DNA of 60,319 bases, counting the filler. It is 3 parts of 3 records of this genome, joined end to end, with 100 filler letters (N's around TTAATTAATTAA, not from the genome) between each part and the next. Parts side by side here need not be neighbours in the genome. Positions count along the whole stretch, not along the records: positions 23,412 to 47,412 come from SRR22947727_31; positions 47,513 to 60,319 come from SRR22947727_33; 1 more part is not named here. One strand, written 5' to 3'. The position numbers were made by a program, and so were the translations under genes. The notes beneath the pieces are model-generated. The model was not told the origin of the DNA and made no database searches. It saw only the letters and a list, made by a program, of their open reading frames with translations. This document shows positions 40,752 through 49,932 of the stretch, piece by piece (positions within the stretch are counted from its first letter, which is position 1; every line of letters starts with the position of its first letter).

Positions 40752-42512
40752 TTAATTTTTAGAAAAAATTTTTTTTATTTCTTTATCAATATCTATTTTG
40801 TCAATTTCATTAAATTTATTATCTGAACTATTTTCTTTATTAAAATAATTTTTATTATCAAACACATTGGTAACAATTTTAGTTTTAGATAATGAGTCTG
40901 TTAAATCATCAATTTTTCTGGAAATACTACTTTTTTCTTTTTCAATTTCTTCCAATTGATCTTTGATTAATTTATATTTTTTTTGTGAATTAGATAATTC
41001 ATGACTTAACCTTAAGTTCTCATCCTGGTGAAAATTAAGCTTTTGTTTTATACTTTTTAGCTCATTTTCTTGTGGATGTAGATCTTCATTAGATTTTACT
41101 TTTAATAATTCGGAATTTAATTTCTCATTATTTTGAATTAATGCTTTTGCATTATTTTTGAGAGAAAATATTTCTTTTTTCAAATTATCGTTCATATCAT
41201 TAAGTAGTTTTTCACTATCTTTTAATAACTTAACTTGACTATCATCATTTAAAGTTTTTTGCTCATCTTCAAGCTCTTTATTTTTTTGCAATAATGAGTT
41301 TTCACTAATTATAAAATTGGTAATTTGCTTATTTAATAGATCGTTCTTTTTTAATATTTTTTCCTTATCAGCAATTATTGATAAAACATTATGCTCCATA
41401 TCTTTATTTTCATCTTTTATTTTATTATTAACTTTAACTAAATCACTATTAGTATTTGAAATAAGATCTAATTTTTTATGTAGAGATGAATTTTCTTTAT
41501 CTAGTAATTCTTTAGTTTGTAATAATTCAATTTTTTCATTGTTCAACTTCTTAATATTATCATCTAAGAATATTTTCTCCTCTTTAAAATTACTCTGTTC
41601 TAATTCATGTTCAGCTACTTGATTTTGATACTTATCATTAATTTCTATCAAAAGTTCTTTATTTTTTGAAAGTAGATTGATTTCTTTTTGAAGTTCTTCA
41701 TTATTAAAAATTAGTATTTTCTTATTTTCACTTATTAATTTTAATTCATGCTTTAAATTTTTTATTTCATTAAATAAATGATTTTTTGTATCTGTTAATA
41801 TTAATATATTATTTTCATTTGTCTTGTTAGAATTATCTAATTTACCATTGTAAATTAGAAGATTGTCAATCTTATCCTTAAATTTTAAATTTGATTTTTC
41901 TAAAGCTTCATTAGTTTCATTAATTAAAATTAATGATTTTTTCATTTCCAAATGATCAATTTTAAGTTTTTTATTTTCGTCTCGCAATTCTTCATTGTCT
42001 ATTAAAGTTATATCAAGTTTTTTTTGAATTTGAGATATCTTGAAATTTAAAATTTTTTCATTATTTGCTAATTCTTTAATTTTATTTTTTAATTCTTTAT
42101 TTATTATTAAATTTCTATAATCATTTTTTCTTAATTCTGATAAATAAACTTTTAATTTTTTAATCTCAACTTGTTGATCAATAATAATTTTTAAAGAATT
42201 TTTTTTAATTTTTTTATTAAATAATTTAAACAACTCATCAATAATATTTTGATTATCAGTAGTTTTATTTTCGTGAATCGTTGAATTATTTTGATCTATC
42301 TTTTTAAGATTATCAGTTTTTATATTTTTTGATTTTACTTCCTTATTAATAATTAATAATTCTGCTTTATCTAATATATTCTGTTTTTTTTTTAATTCCT
42401 TTTTATCTTGTTTTTTTTTAAGTTCTAAATTTGGTGCTTTATCTTTTTTATTGATGCTTAATATTTTTTCACTTGCATCAATTATTTCTTTTATAGAAAA
42501 AATTTTAATCAT
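40752..42512 (-). CDS. Long soluble coiled-coil protein of unknown function
   Basis: 586 aa with extended heptads and 21-residue periodicity; no signal peptide or TM seen. Directly downstream of wzc and the WcaJ-like gene. Confidence 0.85.
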   Translation of the reverse strand: MIKIFSIKEIIDASEKILSINKKDKAPNLELKKKQDKKELKKKQNILDKAELLIINKEVKSKNIKTDNLKKIDQNNSTIHENKTTDNQNIIDELFKLFNKKIKKNSLKIIIDQQVEIKKLKVYLSELRKNDYRNLIINKELKNKIKELANNEKILNFKISQIQKKLDITLIDNEELRDENKKLKIDHLEMKKSLILINETNEALEKSNLKFKDKIDNLLIYNGKLDNSNKTNENNILILTDTKNHLFNEIKNLKHELKLISENKKILIFNNEELQKEINLLSKNKELLIEINDKYQNQVAEHELEQSNFKEEKIFLDDNIKKLNNEKIELLQTKELLDKENSSLHKKLDLISNTNSDLVKVNNKIKDENKDMEHNVLSIIADKEKILKKNDLLNKQITNFIISENSLLQKNKELEDEQKTLNDDSQVKLLKDSEKLLNDMNDNLKKEIFSLKNNAKALIQNNEKLNSELLKVKSNEDLHPQENELKSIKQKLNFHQDENLRLSHELSNSQKKYKLIKDQLEEIEKEKSSISRKIDDLTDSLSKTKIVTNVFDNKNYFNKENSSDNKFNEIDKIDIDKEIKKIFSKN

Positions 42513-42570
42513 AGGAATACAACTAAAAGTTTAATATCTGATTTAAGAGAATCTGTAAATAGCTTAGGTT

Positions 42571-43986
42571 TTAATCGCCTTTGTATCTAATTAAAGCATA
42601 GAAAGTTTTAAATATTATGTATAAATCAAGCCAAATAGTCCAATTATTGAGATACCAAAGGTCAAATTCCATTCTTCTTTTCATCACTTCAGGCTTTGGT
42701 GTTGCGCCCCTAAGTCCATTTACTTGAGCCCATCCTGTTAATCCAGGATTACATTTATGTCTTTTTAAAAAATTACTAAATAAAGCTGCGTACTTTATAT
42801 CATGTTCAACCATATGTGGTCTTGGTCCAACAATTGACATATCACCTATTAAAACGTTATAAAATTGAGGTAGCTCATCAATACTATATCTTCTAATAAT
42901 TTTGCCAAATTTTAATACTCTTTTATCTCCATCTTGAACTTGAATTGTTTTGTCAAAAGTTTCTTTTCTTAAAGTTCTGAGTTTGTATATTTTGAACCTT
43001 CTACCATCCCAACCTGTTCTATTCTGAGTAAATAATAATGGAAACCCATCCTCTAAATAAATAAAAATCATAGCTATCAATAATAAAGGGAAAGATAATA
43101 ATAAAAATATTATTGAAAATAATTTATCTAATATAATTTTAATAAATAAAGCGATACCATGAAAACGTGATATTTCATAAAATTTAAAATCAAATTTATC
43201 TGCTAACAACTTTTTACCAGAAAGTTCATATTTGGTATTTAAATCAACAATTAATATATCCACAGAAAATTTTAGTATCTTTAATAGCGAATCTTCTATT
43301 TGAGTCTTACTTGTGTCTAAAAGCCATACCTGTCCCAATGCATGGTATTCCAATATAGATCTAATATCATCATTATTACTAAAAATTGGAAACTTAATTT
43401 CACTTTTTAATAAATTTTCATTATGTAGGTGAATATCTAAAATGATACAGCATTTAAAAACATAAATTTGGTCAAACTTATTACTTAATATTTTTTTTAT
43501 TTGCGCATAATTTCCTACTAACATTATATTTTTTTGAATTACATTTTTATTAACTAAGTAATCATAAAGAAAATTGAAAAATATCTTCGACAAAGCAAAA
43601 ATAAAAATTAAAAATATCAATGAATACAGGTAAGAAAAATCTAATATAAATTTATTCTGAAATATAAAAAATAGTGAAAAAATAATAATATTAGATACTA
43701 CAAAAATAAGAAGATCTTCTTTAATAAAAGAAATAAAATTTCTTTTATAATTTAATTCTTTTTTATTAATCAAACTAATTAAAAAATAAGTTAAACTTAA
43801 AATTATAGAAAAAAAATAATACTTAGATTGAGTATAGATGTTAAAATCAAACAAATCATAAATAGTGTTTTTTTCTAAAATTGAAAATATGTAATATGAT
43901 AATAAAATTATTATAGTTTTGCTTATGCTTACAAAAAGTATGAAGGCAGAATCATTATTTTGAAAAACTTTCTCAAGTTTAAACAT
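42571..43986 (-). CDS. Undecaprenyl-phosphate sugar-1-phosphate transferase (WcaJ-like priming transferase)
   Basis: Four N-terminal TMs; FKIYKLRT, SIDELPQF.NVL.GDMSIVGPRPH, PGLTGWAQVNG, DLWY. Confidence 0.93.
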   Translation of the reverse strand: MFKLEKVFQNNDSAFILFVSISKTIIILLSYYIFSILEKNTIYDLFDFNIYTQSKYYFFSIILSLTYFLISLINKKELNYKRNFISFIKEDLLIFVVSNIIIFSLFFIFQNKFILDFSYLYSLIFLIFIFALSKIFFNFLYDYLVNKNVIQKNIMLVGNYAQIKKILSNKFDQIYVFKCCIILDIHLHNENLLKSEIKFPIFSNNDDIRSILEYHALGQVWLLDTSKTQIEDSLLKILKFSVDILIVDLNTKYELSGKKLLADKFDFKFYEISRFHGIALFIKIILDKLFSIIFLLLSFPLLLIAMIFIYLEDGFPLLFTQNRTGWDGRRFKIYKLRTLRKETFDKTIQVQDGDKRVLKFGKIIRRYSIDELPQFYNVLIGDMSIVGPRPHMVEHDIKYAALFSNFLKRHKCNPGLTGWAQVNGLRGATPKPEVMKRRMEFDLWYLNNWTIWLDLYIIFKTFYALIRYKGD

Positions 43987-43988
43987 TA

Positions 43989-46115
43989 TTAATTTTTTGT
44001 ATAATATTGGGGGCTATAGCTGTAATAATAACTATAATAGCTGTCTTTTGATGTATCAAGATCATTCATAATGATGCCATCAACCTTTGCACCAACATTT
44101 TGAATTTTTTTGATTGAAGACATAAATGAAGCTGTTCTAGTTTCCTCTGATCTTATTACAAATAAGTTATAATCAGATGCTTGAGCAAGAATTAATGTAT
44201 CCGACACTGGTTGAACAGGTGGGGAGTCAATTATTACATAGTCATACTCTAATTTCAAAACATCAAAGAATTTTTTTACCTGCTCCTTGTTAACAATGTC
44301 TGACATATCAAATCTTTTTTCTCCTGAGGTAATAATATCAAGTTCTGTTCCTGGGACTTTGAATATTACATTTTTTAATTGAGCCATACCTGAAATAATT
44401 TCACCTAATCCTAAAATTTCCTTATCAAATTGATAAAAACCATTCAAAACTGATGGTCTTCTAATATCAGCCTCTATAAATAAGACTTTACTGGATTTTT
44501 CTAAAGACAAAGCAAGGTTGAAGGCAAAGGTTGTTTTTCCCTCAGATGGGTTGCTTGAGGTCACAAGATAGCTTTTATTTTTATGGAATTTTGACTCTAT
44601 TATTGCTCTTGAAGATCTTATTGATTCAGCAAAGCTCGATGAGGCATCTTCTATAAACATCTGTAATATATGATAACCTCTTTTTAAAAGTTCTACTCTT
44701 GGTAAAATTCCAATTTGAGGAATATTCGAAGACTCTAATGCTTCTGGACTTTTTATAACAGATGTATTCATTTCTCGATAATACAATAAAAACAAAACTC
44801 CTAATGCAGAGATTAAAAATGCCGTCATAGTAGATTTTAAAGGTGTAGGCGCAAAAGGACTAGAAGGTAAATTTGGAGTTTCTATAATTTTAAGTTTAGA
44901 AACTTGCAGATTTTGAGCTTCATTAGTTTCTTTTACTCTCTGTAAAAAAGATTCATATAACTTTTTACTACTCTCAACTTCTCTGGAAAATTGAAGCATT
45001 CCAGATTCTTTTTCTTCAATATCTCTAAGTTCATTAGTTGCTTTTTGCATTTCCTCCTCTGAAATTTGAATAAAATTATTAAGATTGCTAAGCTCGAATG
45101 CCTTTTGTTGAATAGTTTCATTTAAGATATCTTTTAATTGATTTTCTAAACTTCCATTTAATTCATTTGCCTGAATTATTTTTGGATGTTTATCGGTATA
45201 TATTAACAACAGGGATTGAATATTACTTTTATTTGCGTCTAAACTTTTTTTTATGTTTGAAATCTGATCAACAGATCTAAGATCTTCAACAGCCATTAAT
45301 GCTTCAACATCACCATCAGCTACTTTTATTGATAATAAATCATTTTGTTGTTTTTGATAATTACTTTTTGCTTCAATAATTCTTTTAGATATTGATTGAA
45401 TTTCATTAATTTTTAATTCTTTTACACTGCCAGTATCAACAAGGTTGTTTTCTCTTTTGTATTTAGATAGTTTTTTTTCTGCAATATTCATTTGAACAAC
45501 TAACTCTTTTAATCTTTCGGTAATTTTTATATTTGCATAATTGGTTATCTTAATTTTACTATCTATTTCATATCTTTGATAACTTTCAATAATACTATTT
45601 AATGCTAACTGTGATATTTTAGGATTCTTTGATACGAAAGATAATTCCAAAACATCACTTCTTGGTAAATTGTTTACAGTAAAATTTCTAGATAGTATTG
45701 ATTTTAAAAAGGCTTTGTCTACGACTTGTTTTTTGTTTAAAATTCTTTGAAAAAAATTTTGAGTATCTTGGGCATATAAATTTTTAAATTGAGTAATGTT
45801 TTTTTTATCAGCTAAGATATACTCATAAACTTCATCACTTTTTAGGATTGCCATTTGATTATTTATTCTATTATTGAGAGACTCAAGTGAATAAACCTCT
45901 TCTATGTTAGTAAAGTTTTGCTCGTCTGGTGCAACAACTATAGTTGCACTACTAAGATATTTTTTTTCTTGATTTAGTGAAAATAAAAGAGTTATTAAAG
46001 AGATCAATAAAGTTATTAAAACTAAATTTTTAAAATTTTTTTTGGCAACCATTAAAAAAAATTTAAAATCTCCAACATCAAAAATATCTAGTAATGATTT
46101 TATTTTATCTGTCAT
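43989..46115 (-). CDS. wzc: Polysaccharide co-polymerase / BY-kinase (Wzc/GumC)
   Basis: Two TMs around a coiled periplasmic domain; SSNPSEGKTT, IEADIRRP, IIDSPP; C-terminal Tyr cluster SYYSYYYSYSPQYY. Confidence 0.93.
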   Translation of the reverse strand: MTDKIKSLLDIFDVGDFKFFLMVAKKNFKNLVLITLLISLITLLFSLNQEKKYLSSATIVVAPDEQNFTNIEEVYSLESLNNRINNQMAILKSDEVYEYILADKKNITQFKNLYAQDTQNFFQRILNKKQVVDKAFLKSILSRNFTVNNLPRSDVLELSFVSKNPKISQLALNSIIESYQRYEIDSKIKITNYANIKITERLKELVVQMNIAEKKLSKYKRENNLVDTGSVKELKINEIQSISKRIIEAKSNYQKQQNDLLSIKVADGDVEALMAVEDLRSVDQISNIKKSLDANKSNIQSLLLIYTDKHPKIIQANELNGSLENQLKDILNETIQQKAFELSNLNNFIQISEEEMQKATNELRDIEEKESGMLQFSREVESSKKLYESFLQRVKETNEAQNLQVSKLKIIETPNLPSSPFAPTPLKSTMTAFLISALGVLFLLYYREMNTSVIKSPEALESSNIPQIGILPRVELLKRGYHILQMFIEDASSSFAESIRSSRAIIESKFHKNKSYLVTSSNPSEGKTTFAFNLALSLEKSSKVLFIEADIRRPSVLNGFYQFDKEILGLGEIISGMAQLKNVIFKVPGTELDIITSGEKRFDMSDIVNKEQVKKFFDVLKLEYDYVIIDSPPVQPVSDTLILAQASDYNLFVIRSEETRTASFMSSIKKIQNVGAKVDGIIMNDLDTSKDSYYSYYYSYSPQYYTKN

Positions 46116-46255
46116 ATCAATTTGGGTTATTTTAGTTGAATAATAAATTTTAGCGACTATATTTTGTAATAAAAGTTATGTTGAAAAATATAGCTTTTGT
46201 TGATTTTAAAGCATTATCTTTAATATTTTTATCCTATATTATATTACTTTTAGAA

Positions 46256-47389
46256 ATGACGATTATAAAAAAAATATTAAATGTATATATTGTATTATTA
46301 TTTTTAAATAGCTGTGTATCTCTTCCCGGTATTAATAAAAATCCTCAAAGTCAAAAACCTAATGAAAAAATTATACCTAATGAATACTCTATAAATGATG
46401 TAGAGATTAATCTTGTAGATTTGAATTCATTGACCGAAGATGAAATTGACAAACATAATAGAGATAAGGTTGAAGAGCTTGACTATAAAGTTAATAAAAT
46501 TTCAAACATTTATAACTATAAATATGAGTATATTTTAGGTGCAGCTGACAGCATATCAATTGATCTTACAGATACCGATGATTTAGATGGCACATATTTA
46601 ATTGATCAATATGGAATGATCGATTTACCTTTTATAGGAAAAATTAAATTAGCAGATTTAACTTTAAATGAAGCACAAAATATTTTAATGGAAGTTATAA
46701 AAGGATATTACAAAAATCCAGACATTCAATTAGAGATCCAAACTTACAATAGTAGTAAAATTCATATTGTTGGGGCTGTAAGAAACCAATTAACAATAAA
46801 CTTAGATCAAAAACCTATAAGATTAATAGAAGCTGCTATACAAGCTAACTTTAATCCCTCTTCTGAAGACAAGCTTTATGGAACCAAAGGTTTTTTAAGA
46901 AGAGAAGGAAAAGTTTATAAAATTAATTTAGCTAATGCGTTTAAAAGTGAAGATGAAAAAGAAAATTTTTATTTAAAGAAAGATGATGTTCTTTTTATTG
47001 ATAGAAATTCAGAATCAATACACGTATTCGGTGAAGTATTAAAACCAGGAGTTTATTATCCAAACTTAGATTATTCATTAACTGAACTAATTTCAACCAG
47101 TGGTTTAAATCAACTTACTGCAAATGCAAAAAACGTTTACGTTATAAGAGAAAAAAATAATTCTTTTTTAGAAATTAATATATTTAAGTTAAACATAAGA
47201 AACCCTATAAACTTAGTACTTGGAAGAAAATTTTTACTTCAAAAAAAAGATATTATATTTATTCCACCTACAGAAATTGTAAAATGGAATAGAGCTATAA
47301 GTTTATTGTTGCCTCAGACAGATTTGTTTAAATCATACAACCCTATTATTAACAATGGACTGCGAACATATAGAGAAGAACCTCAATAA
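46256..47389 (+). CDS. wza: Outer-membrane polysaccharide export lipoprotein
   Basis: ATG at 46256 gives a signal peptide with lipobox LNSC; G.IDLPFIG PES domain, SLBB repeats, C-terminal KWNRAISLLLP helix. Confidence 0.92.
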   Translation: MTIIKKILNVYIVLLFLNSCVSLPGINKNPQSQKPNEKIIPNEYSINDVEINLVDLNSLTEDEIDKHNRDKVEELDYKVNKISNIYNYKYEYILGAADSISIDLTDTDDLDGTYLIDQYGMIDLPFIGKIKLADLTLNEAQNILMEVIKGYYKNPDIQLEIQTYNSSKIHIVGAVRNQLTINLDQKPIRLIEAAIQANFNPSSEDKLYGTKGFLRREGKVYKINLANAFKSEDEKENFYLKKDDVLFIDRNSESIHVFGEVLKPGVYYPNLDYSLTELISTSGLNQLTANAKNVYVIREKNNSFLEINIFKLNIRNPINLVLGRKFLLQKKDIIFIPPTEIVKWNRAISLLLPQTDLFKSYNPIINNGLRTYREEPQ

Positions 47390-47412
47390 TTTTTTTTATC
47401 TAATATAAAAAA

Positions 47413-47512
47413 NNNNNNNNNNNNNNNNNNNNNNNNNNNNNNNNNNNNNNNNNNNNTTAATTAATTAANNNNNNNNNNNNNNNNNNNNNNNNNNNNNNNN
47501 NNNNNNNNNNNN
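47413..47512. other. Artificial contig linker
   Basis: N44-TTAATTAATTAA-N44, identical to the first linker. Confidence 0.98.
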
Positions 47513-47645
47513 GTGACGTTGGATGATTAACTAATTTTTTTTCTTTGTAATCTAAGTTTAAATTTCTACTTATTTTATCATTTGATGTGTCTAATAATTT
47601 TTCTGATGCATCGACAATTTCTTTTATAGAAAAAATTTTAATCAT
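47513..47645 (-). CDS. 5' fragment of a second copy of the coiled-coil gene (cut by contig end)
   Basis: MIKIFSIKEIVDASEKLL versus MIKIFSIKEIIDASEKIL at 42512. First 29 coding nt are identical (47617-47645 = 42484-42512). Confidence 0.85.
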
Positions 47646-47688
47646 TATACAACTTCAGGTTTATTTAATTCTGTAGCAATGTCTACAC

Positions 47689-47718
47689 AAAAAAAAGTGC
47701 TAATTGACTCACTTTTTT
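47689..47718 (-). terminator. Possible weak intrinsic terminator
   Basis: Inverted repeat AAAAAAGTG-N10-CACTTTTTT ending in an 8-T run on the minus strand, just after the stop at 47728. The stem is AT-rich. Confidence 0.3.
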
Positions 47719-47727
47719 AATAATCTT

Positions 47728-48459
47728 TTATTTAATAATAATTTTTTCATTTAAAACGATTTGAAACAATTTAAATGACTTTAAGTATCTTGGCAAAAAT
47801 ACACTAGGTTTGAATAAAATTCTAATAAACCAACCTAAAAAAAACTTATCGAAAATTTGATTTATTGGTGCTTGGTCTTTTGTAAAAAAAGATATTGCTG
47901 CTCCAGTACAAATAATTTTTGTTTTCTTTTTTAAATTTTTTTTTAAATAAAAACCTAAAATCTCTTGAACACCTCCTCCCAAATTTAAAATAATAAAATC
48001 TGGTTTTAAATTATTAGCTATCTGTAATAATTTTTTATCTTTTATTTTTAATTCATTGTAAATAGGGGAAATATAATTAAATAACTTATTTCTAGGAATT
48101 CCTAAATTAGTAAAAAAAAGTTTATTATTTGTTGAAAGTTCTGAATTTGGATCTACTGACAATATCTTAATATTTTTATTCTTCTTAAATTGGTTAAAAA
48201 GTAGTTTTAAAAAAAGATATCCTGAAAACTTTTTTACACTAATATTCTTTAATATTTTTAATAATAAAACAAGATACCCACTATCAAAGAAAACATAATC
48301 AGAATTTCTTAAAGATCTTAAATATTTTTTATCTTCATTTATTGTTGCAAGACCAGGACCTGAAGGGAAAACAAATAATCCTGATTTTTTAATTATCTTT
48401 GTAAAATCTTTTTTATTAAGATTGATAAATTTTATTTTCTTAAATAATATAAATATCAT
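47728..48459 (-). CDS. WecB/TagA/CpsF (GT26) glycosyltransferase
   Basis: FFDSG, KFSG, LNLGGGVQE, CTGAAISF, LGWFIR...P...LPRY. Confidence 0.85.
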   Translation of the reverse strand: MIFILFKKIKFINLNKKDFTKIIKKSGLFVFPSGPGLATINEDKKYLRSLRNSDYVFFDSGYLVLLLKILKNISVKKFSGYLFLKLLFNQFKKNKNIKILSVDPNSELSTNNKLFFTNLGIPRNKLFNYISPIYNELKIKDKKLLQIANNLKPDFIILNLGGGVQEILGFYLKKNLKKKTKIICTGAAISFFTKDQAPINQIFDKFFLGWFIRILFKPSVFLPRYLKSFKLFQIVLNEKIIIK

Positions 48460-48608
48460 ATTAAATTATTAAAATTTGTTAACAAGCATACTAATTAACT
48501 TTTGTTTAGATTTTTATACACTTTTTTGATTAATATTTACTTATCTAAAAATAAATTTACTACTATATATGTTGGTAATGAAGCAAAATATTAAAAAATA
48601 ATTCTAAA

Positions 48609-49931
48609 ATGCCTTTAAATATTTCATTCTTAAATTCAAATGATAAAAAAAGAATAAAAAAAAATATATACGGTAATGGTTTCAATTTTTTATTAACCAT
48701 TTTATCTCAGTTATTCTACATTCCCATAATGTTATTATCATGGGGTGCTACACAAACTGGTTATTGGATATTTTTTATTGCAGTCCCGTCAATCTTAAGT
48801 TTTTGGAAATTAGATTTTAGCGAAGCATCAAGACAAGAACTTACATTGAACAAGAAAAAAAATCCAAATGTAGTATACTCAATAAGTTTAATTTTTACTT
48901 TATTGACTGTCGTAATTTTTGGTATGATTTATTTTTTTATAAATCTAAATTTTTTAGAAAATTTCGAAGCTATTAAAAATCACAATATAACTAGTTTAAA
49001 TATTATATTAATCCTAATTTTCTATGGATTTTCTTTAGAGCTTATAACAAATAATCATTTAATATTAACTCAATATAAAGGTAAAACTTATATATCGGAA
49101 ATAATAGTTGGCCTGTATATAGCACTTGAAAGAATCTTGATTCCCTTAATTGGTTTTATTACAATTAATTTATTATATGCAGCTATTGCATACGCCATAA
49201 TTAAAACTTTAAAATTTATAACAGTAAAATTTATAATAAATTTGTCAGTTACTTTTAAATTAAATTTCTTTAAAATTACAAAAAAAGAAATAATAAATAT
49301 TTTTATAAAATCTAAAAATATTTATTATTATAATATATCAAATATAATTAATGTTTCAGGTTTTACATATTTTATAGCATATTTTTTTAGTCCAGAAATT
49401 ATTACTTTAGTGAATGCGCTTCAAACGATGTTTAAATTTTTAGTACTTAGGATTAATAGAGTTTTCATTGATGTGTTTTCGTTTGAATTTGGCAATTTTT
49501 ATTCAAAAAAAAAATACTCTAATATTGTAAATGCGTATAATTTTCAAAAAAAATATGTCTATATATTCTTATTATCATTTTTAATCATTGGCTATTTTAT
49601 AGGACCTTACATCTTCAATTATTGGACAATAGATAAATTTACTGAATTTCGTTCTGTCATTGTACTTGTGATTTTAGAATGTATTTTTACAATGTTAGCA
49701 TATAATGAGATTTTATTAGGTATGGCTTTAAATAAATTGAAAAAAATTACTTTTTATGCACTAGTTATAAATATTTTATCTTTTGGCTGTTTATTATTTT
49801 TTGAAAATTTAAGATTAGATCTTAATAATATTTATTACATACTTATACTAAAAAGTTTTTTTATATACTTAATGAATAAAAATTATAATTTAAAACTTAT
49901 TAATAATTTACTAGTAAAAAAAAGTATTTAA
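48609..49931 (+). CDS. Wzx-like polysaccharide flippase
   Basis: Many TMs; N-terminus SQLFYIPIMLLSWG...GYW...VPS resembles 27884-29224. Confidence 0.75.
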   Translation: MPLNISFLNSNDKKRIKKNIYGNGFNFLLTILSQLFYIPIMLLSWGATQTGYWIFFIAVPSILSFWKLDFSEASRQELTLNKKKNPNVVYSISLIFTLLTVVIFGMIYFFINLNFLENFEAIKNHNITSLNIILILIFYGFSLELITNNHLILTQYKGKTYISEIIVGLYIALERILIPLIGFITINLLYAAIAYAIIKTLKFITVKFIINLSVTFKLNFFKITKKEIINIFIKSKNIYYYNISNIINVSGFTYFIAYFFSPEIITLVNALQTMFKFLVLRINRVFIDVFSFEFGNFYSKKKYSNIVNAYNFQKKYVYIFLLSFLIIGYFIGPYIFNYWTIDKFTEFRSVIVLVILECIFTMLAYNEILLGMALNKLKKITFYALVINILSFGCLLFFENLRLDLNNIYYILILKSFFIYLMNKNYNLKLINNLLVKKSI

Positions 49932-49932
49932 A

